DNA from: an uncultured Planctomycetia bacterium
GTDB taxonomy: Bacteria; Omnitrophota; Gorgyraeia; 2-02-FULL-51-18
DNA: 54,591 bases
Assembly: GCA_964431835.1 (NCBI GenBank)
Contig: CAYSKO010000011.1
Span: forward strand, 1 to 54,591
Direction: 5' to 3'
The notes beneath the pieces were generated by a model. The model made no database searches. It had not been told where the DNA came from and saw only the letters and a program-made list of their open reading frames with translations. Positions 34,830-43,282 of this stretch are shown piece after piece. Made by a program: the position numbers and the translations under genes. Position 1 is the first letter of the stretch; each line of letters starts with the position of its first letter.

Positions 34830-35915
34830 ATGCATGATTTCCGCGAACTGCTCGACCTTTCGGTGCTCAACAACACCCTGAAAGACTATCTTGTCGCACT
34901 AGCCTGTCTGGTCGGGCTCGTGCTTGTTTTGTTTTTCTTGAAGCGGGTACTGATCGGGCATTTAAGCCGGTTGGCGACGAAAACGGCCACGGATTTCGAC
35001 GATTTTCTCGTTTCCGTTCTGGCGCAAATCGGCGCCCCCACTTTCATCGCCGTGTCCTTGTACGCCGTGACTCTCCCGCTCGAACTGGAGGGCGCCTCTC
35101 GCCAGTTCGTCCGGTATATCTTCATTTTTGTTCTGACGATCCGGGTGGTGCTCATCCTGCAGGCGATCATCCGTTACGCAGTCGGAAAATCGTACCGGCG
35201 CGCGCGACCCAGCGACCTTGCGGCCGACACGATGGTCAGGAACATTTCGAACGTGTTGGGGGTGGCGGTTTGGGCGTTGGGCGTCGTTTTCATTCTCGAC
35301 AACATGGGATTCGACATTTCGGCGCTGGTGGCCGGCCTGGGAATCGGCGGTATTGCCATCGCGATGGCGGCCCAGGCGATTTTGGGCGACCTCTTCAGTG
35401 CGGTCTCCATTTTCACGGATAAGCCGTTCGAAGTCGGAGACTTTATCATCGTCGACGACCTGCTGGGGACGGTTGAGTACGTGGGCCTGAAAACGACGCG
35501 CATCCGCAGTCTTCACGGCGAACAGCTGATTTTCGCCAATTCGGACCTCACCAAAAGCAGGATCAAAAATTACAAGCGCATGGAAATCCGCCGGATCGCG
35601 TTCAAAATCGGCGTGGTTTACCAGACCCCCGCCGACAAGGTGAAGGCCATCCCCATCCTGATCCGGAAAATTATCGCCGAGACGCAGGATGTGAGGATCG
35701 ACCGCGTTCACTTCCAGAGCTTCGGGGACTTTTCCTTGGTCTATGAGATCGTTTATTTCGTCCTTTCCCCGGACTATAACGTCTACATGGACAAGCAGCA
35801 GGCCATCAACGTCGCCATCAAGGAAGCTTTCGAAAGCGAGGGCATTGAATTCGCTTATCCGACCCAGATGCTGTATCATTCCGGCCTCGCTGCCCCCGCA
35901 GAAATGCGGAAGTGA
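34830..35915 (+). CDS. MscS-family mechanosensitive channel
   Basis: N-terminal TMs, then the pore helix GIGGIAIAMAAQAILGDLFSAVSIF and FEVGDFIIVDDLLGTVEYVGLKTTRIRSLHGEQLIFANS, which is the canonical MscS core. Confidence 0.88.
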   Translation: MHDFRELLDLSVLNNTLKDYLVALACLVGLVLVLFFLKRVLIGHLSRLATKTATDFDDFLVSVLAQIGAPTFIAVSLYAVTLPLELEGASRQFVRYIFIFVLTIRVVLILQAIIRYAVGKSYRRARPSDLAADTMVRNISNVLGVAVWALGVVFILDNMGFDISALVAGLGIGGIAIAMAAQAILGDLFSAVSIFTDKPFEVGDFIIVDDLLGTVEYVGLKTTRIRSLHGEQLIFANSDLTKSRIKNYKRMEIRRIAFKIGVVYQTPADKVKAIPILIRKIIAETQDVRIDRVHFQSFGDFSLVYEIVYFVLSPDYNVYMDKQQAINVAIKEAFESEGIEFAYPTQMLYHSGLAAPAEMRK

Positions 35916-35988
35916 TTGGATAGCCCCACCCTACCCCGCCTCCCTGGCGGATTCGGTAACCGATGTTTCCGATCCTAGAACCCAGCCT

Positions 35989-37662
35989 ATGAAAAAAAAC
36001 AACTCTAGGAAACGGACCGTACTCATCGTTATTTTCTTTTTTTTGATTGTGACCGTGGCAGGTGTTTCGTGGGCGGCCGTCAACAGCGCAAAAGCCTCGG
36101 CGCTGGTCCTTTCGACGCTATTGAGGGCTTCTTTTCCCGTGGAGACGCTTCAGTATGGGCGCGTTACGGGGAGCCTGATCGCGGGACTGACGGCGAGAGA
36201 GGTCCACATAGGGCTCGTCAGTGGAGAATCCGCTTTTATTTCGGAACTTTCTTTGGAACCTGTGCGCCGATGGCCGCTCATAATCCAGCTCAAGGGGAGA
36301 GGAATCGCGCTCAAGACCTTGAGTGCCGGCGATTGCTTTGCGGACGAAGCCCGGTTCGAGGCGGGGCGTCTGGAAGCGGAGGGTGTTCATGCGGGGGCTG
36401 TGTCTTGGGGCGGCGTTGAGGCGGCGATCGCTTTGAAAAGCGTGACGTTGGATTTTTCGGACGCCGAGAACTTGAAAGCAAAAATCGAGTCGGTGCGTCT
36501 CGATTCCAAAGAATTCGGATCCGCCGAGGCCAAAAGCGCGTTTTGGGAATCGTCCGGCGCCCTTCGCTTTTCCGGCATTAAAATCGGACGAATCCGTGAA
36601 CTGCCCGAAGCGGCCGTCGAAATTCAGGGCTTGTCTTTGGACTTGAATTCCGCAATGAAGGTCATGAAGATCGACAACGGGCAGCTCCGTATCGGTTCTT
36701 CGCAGCCGGTTCTTTTCTATGGAAGCGCCGAGTCCGGCGAAGTGGATTTTCGGGTCTTCACCAAGGAGCTGGAGTTGCGGGATCTGCTCCCTATTTTCTC
36801 GGACCACGCGATCCCGAGGCACCTTTCCGGTTTCCTTGAAGACGTCGACCTTGAAATAAGGGGGACTCCGCAGCAACCGCTGATTTCCGGGAGTCTCTAT
36901 GCCCGCAAATTTTCATACCGCCAATTCTATCTCCGCGATTCCGCATGGAAGACGGAAGGGCTGCGTTTTAAAATCAAAAAGGACGCGTTTGCGGTGTCGG
37001 GCCGTCTTTCCGTCGAGGGGGGTCGATTGAGCCGGGGCGACACCGTCGTGACCGTGGAGCCGGGCCGCCTGGATTTTGACGAAAATCCCATGGAACCCAA
37101 GATGAATTTGAACGGAGTCTCGCTTATCGATAAAACCAAGATCCGGCTTTCATTGAGAGGCTCTCCGGAGAAGCCTGATTTTCGCCTGCTCTCCGACCCG
37201 TCTTACCCCGAAGAAAAGCTCGTCGTGATGCTGGCTACCGGACGGATTTGGAGGGGTTCCGAAAAAGCGATTGAGGAGGGAAGACTATCACTAGACGCTG
37301 CCAAGGAATTTTTGGATTATTTTTTGCTCGGTGGTTCGGGGCACCGGATCGCTTCGCGGCTTGGAATCAGGGAAATGTCGCTGGCCGTCACCGAGGAATC
37401 CGAAAGTGTTCGCTTGAAGAAGGAAATATCGAAGAAGGTGGATCTCGGTTATGGGGTCGAAAGAAAAAAGATCGTCGAGAAAGAGCCGTCCGCGGTTGCG
37501 CAATTGGTGGGCCTTGATTACAGGGTATCAAGGAATACGATCGTTTCTGTGGAGGGAAAAATCGCCACGAAGCCCACGCCCTCTCCCGAAGAGGTTTTGG
37601 AGGACAAATCGGCTCCCGCGACCAATAAGAGCGTTCTTGTTAAGGTGGACCGCCGGTTTTAG
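35989..37662 (+). CDS. TamB/DUF490-like translocation-and-assembly-module domain protein (557 aa, short form)
   Basis: Start at ATG 35989 (MKKNNSRKRTVLIVIFFFLIVTVAG is an N-terminal anchor). The C-terminal pattern ...LGYGVERKK...VGLDYRVSRNTIVSVEG resembles the TamB C-terminal DUF490 signature. Confidence 0.55.
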   Translation: MKKNNSRKRTVLIVIFFFLIVTVAGVSWAAVNSAKASALVLSTLLRASFPVETLQYGRVTGSLIAGLTAREVHIGLVSGESAFISELSLEPVRRWPLIIQLKGRGIALKTLSAGDCFADEARFEAGRLEAEGVHAGAVSWGGVEAAIALKSVTLDFSDAENLKAKIESVRLDSKEFGSAEAKSAFWESSGALRFSGIKIGRIRELPEAAVEIQGLSLDLNSAMKVMKIDNGQLRIGSSQPVLFYGSAESGEVDFRVFTKELELRDLLPIFSDHAIPRHLSGFLEDVDLEIRGTPQQPLISGSLYARKFSYRQFYLRDSAWKTEGLRFKIKKDAFAVSGRLSVEGGRLSRGDTVVTVEPGRLDFDENPMEPKMNLNGVSLIDKTKIRLSLRGSPEKPDFRLLSDPSYPEEKLVVMLATGRIWRGSEKAIEEGRLSLDAAKEFLDYFLLGGSGHRIASRLGIREMSLAVTEESESVRLKKEISKKVDLGYGVERKKIVEKEPSAVAQLVGLDYRVSRNTIVSVEGKIATKPTPSPEEVLEDKSAPATNKSVLVKVDRRF

Positions 37663-37843
37663 GCGTTGAGAGGACGGAGAAATACGCTTTCCCTTGCCCA
37701 GTCACAAGTAATTCATTATAATTATTAATATTTAGCAAGTGGGTCTAAGAAAAAGCATATTTCTTAGAGGGCTTTTCAGATGGTCGGGCCGCCGTCTGGT
37801 GTGCATCAAATTACACCAGATGGCGGTCTTCTATATTAAACGG

Positions 37844-38659
37844 ATGAAATTTGAAAGTATTACCGCGCTAATAACTTTTTCATTGATTTGTTTTTTTACG
37901 CCCATCGTTTATGCCGAGGACCTGCTTTACACGGACGAGCAGGCTGATTGCGCCGCTCAAATGATTTTTATGAATGAATGCTCGGGTAAGGAGCAGAATC
38001 TGCTTTATTGGTCGCCCGATGAGGATTTCCCATCTTTGGGAATCGGGCATTTTATTTGGTATCCCGAAAAATTTACAGGGCCTTACTGGGAGTCCTTTCC
38101 GGGCTATCTTGATTTTGCCAAAGAGATCGGTCTTAAAATGCCGGATTGGATTGAAGCCTTGCCTGACAAGCGCGCTCCGTGGAAAAGCCGGGAGGAGTTT
38201 GAGCAGGATCTCGGTAGCGATAGAGTGGGCGAGCTTCGTCAGTTTTTAAGCCACACCAAGCGCGAGCAGGCCCATTACATCCTTCGCCGATTCCGCAAGG
38301 TTTTTCCTCAAATCCTGAACGACTTGGATGAGGCGGACCGTCAACCGGTTCAAGAGAAATACGATCTATTGATGATGCGGCATGAGCGGGCATTTGCGAT
38401 GATCGATTACGTTAATTTTAAAGGGGAAGGGTTTCGTGTGGACGCGCGATATGAAGGGGTTGGCTGGGGATTGGCCCAGGTTCTTCTGGAGATGCGGGTG
38501 CCCGATGATCCCGACAACACCCTGGCTGAGTTTATTCTCGCGGCTGAACGTGTTCTTGAACGGCGCGTTAGCCATGCGCCAAAACCCGAACTGGAAGCCA
38601 AGTGGTTGCCGGGTTGGAAAAATCGTGTCCGTGGTTATAATAAGATTAATTGTAAATAA
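37844..38659 (+). CDS. secreted hypothetical protein (271 aa)
   Basis: Start at ATG 37844 (signal peptide ITALITFSLICFFTPIVYA). No family recognised. Its stop lies 3 nt before the sensor-OtsA gene. Confidence 0.55.
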   Translation: MKFESITALITFSLICFFTPIVYAEDLLYTDEQADCAAQMIFMNECSGKEQNLLYWSPDEDFPSLGIGHFIWYPEKFTGPYWESFPGYLDFAKEIGLKMPDWIEALPDKRAPWKSREEFEQDLGSDRVGELRQFLSHTKREQAHYILRRFRKVFPQILNDLDEADRQPVQEKYDLLMMRHERAFAMIDYVNFKGEGFRVDARYEGVGWGLAQVLLEMRVPDDPDNTLAEFILAAERVLERRVSHAPKPELEAKWLPGWKNRVRGYNKINCK

Positions 38660-38662
38660 CCC

Positions 38663-40879
38663 ATGAAAGTAACCTTAAGACTCATTCTTTCGCTCATCCT
38701 CGTTACCACAGTTGTCGCGCTGGGATCTTCTGTCTGGCAGGCGCGCCAGGAAGAGACACGCCTGAAAATTGAACTCGAAAAACGCGTGGATTTTGTCGCC
38801 GACGGGCTCGGGGATCTTCTTCTTCCTTCCTTGGTAAGCGGCCAGATAGACGTTTCGAAGCGTATCATCGAAAAATTTTCGAATCGGGAGAAACTTCTCG
38901 GGATATCTATTTACGATTCAACCCGGCACTTGATCGTCGCGTCGCAAAATATTGAATCGATCATCGGAGATGTGTCGAGGTCCGCCGTTGAACCCGTCCT
39001 GTCTGATGAAAATAAAAGCTACGGACGCCTTATCGACCTGGGAAAGGACAAGGCCCACGCCTATTCGGTGATTCTTAATCCCGAAGGCCCTAACACGTAT
39101 GTTTTGACACTATTTCATCAGACTCAATATATCCATGACCGGGTAAAGAGGATTTGGATCAACGCTTTTTGGCGTCTCAGCCTGCAGATATTGGTCATTT
39201 CGCTTACAACGCTTCTTATTTTTTATTTGAACGTCATGTCGCCGATCAGAAGAACTGCCGAATGGGTCAAAAAGATTCGTTTGGGGGAAGACACCGATCA
39301 CGAAAAGCCTGAGCCGCTGCTGGGGCCGCTCGCCAAAGAGGTTTCGCACATGGCTAAAAGCCTTCAAATGGCGCGCCGATCCGCGGAAGAAGAGGCCAGA
39401 CTGCGCCATGCCTCGGAATCGGTTTGGACGGCGGAACGATTAAAGGAATTCGTCCGAATCAAATTAGACAAAAGGCCTTTGTTTGTCGTTTCTCACCGGG
39501 AACCTTATATGCACGTGAAAAAGGGGAGCGCCGTCGAATGGATCGTTCCGGCGAGCGGTCTTGTGACTGCCATCGAACCGGTTTTGAAGGCTTGTGGCGG
39601 CACGTGGATTGCCCAGGGCGCGGGAAATGCCGACAAAGATACGGTCGACCAGAACGACAAAATCCGGGTCCCGCCGGACGACCCGCAGTACACCCTCAAG
39701 AGAATCTGGTTATCCCGAGGTGAAGAAGAAGGCTACTATTATGGTTTTTCCAATGAGGGGCTATGGCCGCTTTGCCATATCGCGCACACGAGGCCCACGT
39801 TCCGCGCCACCGATTGGTTTGCCTATAGGGAAGTGAATAAAAAATTTGCCGAATCGGTCCTGAAAGAGCTCGAAGGAACCAGTGAGCCATGTGTCCTCAT
39901 CCAGGATTATCATTTTGCGCTGCTACCTGCACTTATCAAAGCCGCGCGGCCCGATGCTCGCGTGGCGTTATTTTGGCATATCCCGTGGCCGAATCCAGAG
40001 TCGTTTGGAATTTGTCCCTGGCACAAGGAGGTTTTGAAGGGAATGCTTGGTGCTGATATTATCGGCTTCCACACTCAATTTCATTGCAACAATTTCATCC
40101 AAACCGTCGATCGTTTCCTCGAAAGCCGCATCGATTACGAACATTTCACCGTGACGCGGGAAGCCCACACGACTTCAATCAAGCCGTTTCCTATCAGCAT
40201 CGCCGACGATGCGCCAAAGAAGCCCCTCCAAACCGATAGGGCGGGCCTATTGAAACCATATGGAATTCACGCGCAATACCTTGGCATCGGCGTCGATCGT
40301 CTGGATTATACCAAAGGAATCATCGAGCGCTTTCGCGCGGTCGAGTACTTCCTCGAGACGAACCCTATTTACCAGGGAAAATTCACTTTCATCGAGCTGG
40401 GAGCACCGAGCCGGACGCTTATTCCGAAATATCAGGAATTCATGAACGAAATCGAGAAGGAAGTGGAAAGGATCAACGAGAAGTTCAAGGTCAAAAATTG
40501 GCAGGCGATTCTATTTTTAAAGAAGCACCACAGCCACGAGGAAATCGCCCCGTTTTACCGGTTCTCGGACGTCTGCCTTGTGACTTCTTTGCATGACGGC
40601 ATGAATCTTGTTGCAAAGGAATTTGTTCATGCGCGGGAAGACGAGAAAGGAGTTCTGGTCCTCAGCGAATTTACGGGAGCGGCCAGGGAGCTCAAGGATG
40701 CCTTGATCGTGAATCCTTATGATGCGATACAGACTTCCGAGGCAATACGCGCCGCACTCGAGATGTCGGATCAGGAGCAAACGAAGCGCATGAAACGCAT
40801 GCGAGCCGGAGTGAAATCGAGAAATATTTATAAATGGGCCGCTGATCTTGTGGGTGACTTGGCGGAAGTTAGCAGATGA
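38663..40879 (+). CDS. otsA: trehalose-6-phosphate synthase (GT20/OtsA) with an N-terminal TM, periplasmic domain, TM and HAMP-like extension
   Basis: The C-terminal roughly 470 aa read PLFVVSHREPY...GLVTAIEPV...YYYGFSNEGLWPLCH...IQDYHF.LLP...GIGVDRLDYTKG..., which is the GT20 core. The N-terminal roughly 260 aa contain two TMs (ILSLILVTTVVALGS, LQILVISLTTLLIFYL) flanking about 150 aa, followed by an amphipathic HAMP-like segment (VMSPIRRTAEWVKKI...LAKEVSHMAKSLQ). Confidence 0.85.
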   Translation: MKVTLRLILSLILVTTVVALGSSVWQARQEETRLKIELEKRVDFVADGLGDLLLPSLVSGQIDVSKRIIEKFSNREKLLGISIYDSTRHLIVASQNIESIIGDVSRSAVEPVLSDENKSYGRLIDLGKDKAHAYSVILNPEGPNTYVLTLFHQTQYIHDRVKRIWINAFWRLSLQILVISLTTLLIFYLNVMSPIRRTAEWVKKIRLGEDTDHEKPEPLLGPLAKEVSHMAKSLQMARRSAEEEARLRHASESVWTAERLKEFVRIKLDKRPLFVVSHREPYMHVKKGSAVEWIVPASGLVTAIEPVLKACGGTWIAQGAGNADKDTVDQNDKIRVPPDDPQYTLKRIWLSRGEEEGYYYGFSNEGLWPLCHIAHTRPTFRATDWFAYREVNKKFAESVLKELEGTSEPCVLIQDYHFALLPALIKAARPDARVALFWHIPWPNPESFGICPWHKEVLKGMLGADIIGFHTQFHCNNFIQTVDRFLESRIDYEHFTVTREAHTTSIKPFPISIADDAPKKPLQTDRAGLLKPYGIHAQYLGIGVDRLDYTKGIIERFRAVEYFLETNPIYQGKFTFIELGAPSRTLIPKYQEFMNEIEKEVERINEKFKVKNWQAILFLKKHHSHEEIAPFYRFSDVCLVTSLHDGMNLVAKEFVHAREDEKGVLVLSEFTGAARELKDALIVNPYDAIQTSEAIRAALEMSDQEQTKRMKRMRAGVKSRNIYKWAADLVGDLAEVSR

Positions 40880-41015
40880 AGGTCGCCACCAATGAGCGCG
40901 TATGCAACCCCATCCAGTCCTCTCGTGAAAGCCATTTCGATAGGGGGGAGGTTCTGATCCAATTGCTGGCAAATTAGGAAGGCGTTAGGCTGATTCTGAC
41001 CTTTCTTAAATATCT

Positions 41016-41059
41016 CTAATTCAAATCTAATCCCGTCCTAATATCTAGTGCGATATTTT
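41016..41059 (+). promoter_or_regulatory. phased CTAAT-repeat promoter (site 2)
   Basis: CTAAT(41016)-tcaaat-CTAAT(41027)-cccgtc-CTAAT(41038)-atctagtgcga-TATTTT(41054-41059). It lies 76 nt upstream of the BON gene ATG. Confidence 0.65.
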
Positions 41060-41135
41060 ATAAGAAGAGATAAGTTTTCCCGCCCGTCGCACCCCTTTCT
41101 TTACAAGCCTGTCCAATTTTTAGAAAGGAGTTTTT

Positions 41136-41669
41136 ATGAAAAAGCATATATTTCTTGCCGCGTGCGCGCTAGTTTCCGCGCCCTTGGCTGTTTACGCCGA
41201 CACAGGCCCTGGATTATCCAATCAAATAACCGATCGGCAAATAACGTCCGCCATCGAAAAAGACATGCAGACAGACTCCGCGATATCGGCGCACCTGGTG
41301 GAAGTAGACACGAAAAGCGGCGTCGTGACGATTTCCGGATATGTGGGCAACCTTCTTGAGAAAGACCGGGCGCTTGAGATAGCTGAATCCAACCGTGGGG
41401 TCCGCGCGGTGATTAACAAGCTTCAAGTCCGCTCGTTGTACAGAGGAGATCAGGAGATATTAAACGACGTTAAGATGGCGCTCGTTGAAGATCCCGCAAC
41501 GGACGGATATGAAATCGCGGTGTCCGTGTACGGAGGCGTTGTAAAGCTGACCGGCACGGTGGATTCGTGGGCCAAAAAACAATTATCGATGGAAGTGGCC
41601 CGCGGAGTCAGAGGAGTTAAAGATGTGAAAGATAATTTGACCGCGGCGTCGCCTCAACCCGTTGTTTAA
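41136..41669 (+). CDS. periplasmic BON-domain protein (two BON domains)
   Basis: Signal peptide IFLAACALVSAPLAVYA. Two copies of the BON pattern are present (...V.V....GVVT(I/L)(S/T)G.V.......A.E.A....GV..V.N.L). Confidence 0.8.
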   Translation: MKKHIFLAACALVSAPLAVYADTGPGLSNQITDRQITSAIEKDMQTDSAISAHLVEVDTKSGVVTISGYVGNLLEKDRALEIAESNRGVRAVINKLQVRSLYRGDQEILNDVKMALVEDPATDGYEIAVSVYGGVVKLTGTVDSWAKKQLSMEVARGVRGVKDVKDNLTAASPQPVV

Positions 41670-41809
41670 AATTTCGGAGGCGTTCCTCCCCGTAACACCC
41701 CTGCACGACATTTCACAGAAAAATTCCACCCCGTTTAATCTTAAACGCCCTCACGCCATTCGTCCCGCCGCTCTTCTTTTATTGAGGAAGGGTATGACCT
41801 ATAAATAAG

Positions 41810-43273
41810 TTGAAGCGTTCACTGATGCGACAATCGATTTATTGCAATCGCCGAATGCTATGGGTGGCTTTGTTTGGTTTGCTCTGCTGGGGTGCGATGG
41901 CGCCAATGCTTGGGGCAAAGGAAGTCGGTAATACGTCAAACAATCAACCCGATGCAAACGAAAAAGAGCTTTCCTTCCCATTGGTGAAGGTGGCGGTGCA
42001 ACCCACCGCTAGCGATGAGGATATCCGCAAGCGGCTCCAGAGTGTTATGAATACCACTCACTGGTTTTCCGACCCCGAAGTCCAAGTCAATGACGGGGTT
42101 GTTTTTCTTAGGGGCAGGGCGCAGACCGATGAGATAAGGATGTGGGCCGGCCACCTAGCGCGCAATACCCAGGATGTGGTTGCCGTGGCCAACTTGATTG
42201 AAACATCCAAGCCATCTGTATGGAAATTTCGCGGTGCGTTGAATGCGTTGTCTTTGTTAGGACGTGATTTCATTCAGTCCCTGCCTCTCTTAATTTTTGG
42301 ATTATTTATCATGTGTTTGTCGGCAGGGGCTTGTTGGTTAGCAAAGCGTTATGCTCAATTATTTCTGCAGAACCGAGTTCGTCCGAAACTCCTGAGGAGT
42401 GTGCTTTCGTGGGTGGTAGGGGCGTTTGTGTTTCTTTTAGGCACCTATATTGTCTTGAGAGTCTCAGGATTGACCCAACTGGCTTTAACCATAATTGGTG
42501 GCACAGGTCTGGTTGGTTTGGTGGTTGGGATTGCCTTTCGCGATATTGTGGAAGGCTTTCTGGCTAGTATTTTCCTAAGTATGCAAAGGCCGTTTGAGAC
42601 AGGCGATCTGATCGAAATTGTTGGTGTGGTCGGGTATGTGCACCAGCTGAACATTAGAACGACCGTTCTAATGACGCTTGACGGTAACCTGGCGCAAGTT
42701 CCTAATGCCTTGGTTTACAAGAGTACACTTTGTAATTTTACGAGCAGTCCAAACCGTCGTGAGAGCTTCATCATTGGCATTGGTTATGATGACTCGATTG
42801 ACGAAGCTCAAGAAGCTGCTCGGAGAGTTTTGATGAATCACCCCGCTGTCCTGAAGGATCCGGAACCTTGGGTATTGGCTGATGACCTGGGTAAAGCAAC
42901 CGTTAATTTGAAAGTCTATTTTTGGCTCAATGGGCATGAACATAGCTGGCTGAAGGTGCGATCTTCAGTTATACGCCTTGTGAAACGCGCTTTTCAACAA
43001 CAAGGCATTACAATGCCTGATGAAGCAAGGGAAGTTATTTTTCCGAGTGGCGTTCCTGTTACCCTGCTTGATGCGAAGCAAGAAAAATTACAGGAACCCG
43101 AGGCGCTTAAATCGACGACCCCCAAGAAGCCCCAACCTTTAAAAGGATTGGATGAAGTGTCCACTAAAGCGGAAGCGGGGTTCTCAAGTGATGCTGATGA
43201 GTTAGGGCAACAGGCAGGTCAAGCCAAGTCCTTGGACGAAGGTGAGAATCTTTTACGGGATACCGCGACATAA
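41810..43273 (+). CDS. BON-domain / MscS-family mechanosensitive channel fusion
   Basis: The N-terminal secreted BON-like segment is PEVQVNDGVVFLRGRAQTDEIRMWAGHLARNTQDVVAVANLI. TMs follow, then the MscS core GTGLVGLVVGIAFRDIVEGFLASIFL...FETGDLIEIVGVVGYVHQLNIRTTVLMTLDGN. The start is uncertain (TTG 41810 or ATG 41825). Confidence 0.8.
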   Translation: MKRSLMRQSIYCNRRMLWVALFGLLCWGAMAPMLGAKEVGNTSNNQPDANEKELSFPLVKVAVQPTASDEDIRKRLQSVMNTTHWFSDPEVQVNDGVVFLRGRAQTDEIRMWAGHLARNTQDVVAVANLIETSKPSVWKFRGALNALSLLGRDFIQSLPLLIFGLFIMCLSAGACWLAKRYAQLFLQNRVRPKLLRSVLSWVVGAFVFLLGTYIVLRVSGLTQLALTIIGGTGLVGLVVGIAFRDIVEGFLASIFLSMQRPFETGDLIEIVGVVGYVHQLNIRTTVLMTLDGNLAQVPNALVYKSTLCNFTSSPNRRESFIIGIGYDDSIDEAQEAARRVLMNHPAVLKDPEPWVLADDLGKATVNLKVYFWLNGHEHSWLKVRSSVIRLVKRAFQQQGITMPDEAREVIFPSGVPVTLLDAKQEKLQEPEALKSTTPKKPQPLKGLDEVSTKAEAGFSSDADELGQQAGQAKSLDEGENLLRDTAT

Positions 43274-43282
43274 GATTTGCTT

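Noticed and set aside
41019-41037. TTCAAATCTAATCCCGTC resembles the tRNA-His T-arm/3' end (TTCAAATCCCGTC), considered as a possible attR copy delimiting an island.
   Set aside because: The similarity is only 8+7 nt, it is interrupted by 3 nt, and it coincides with the CTAAT repeat motif, which explains it better. It does not extend into the acceptor stem.
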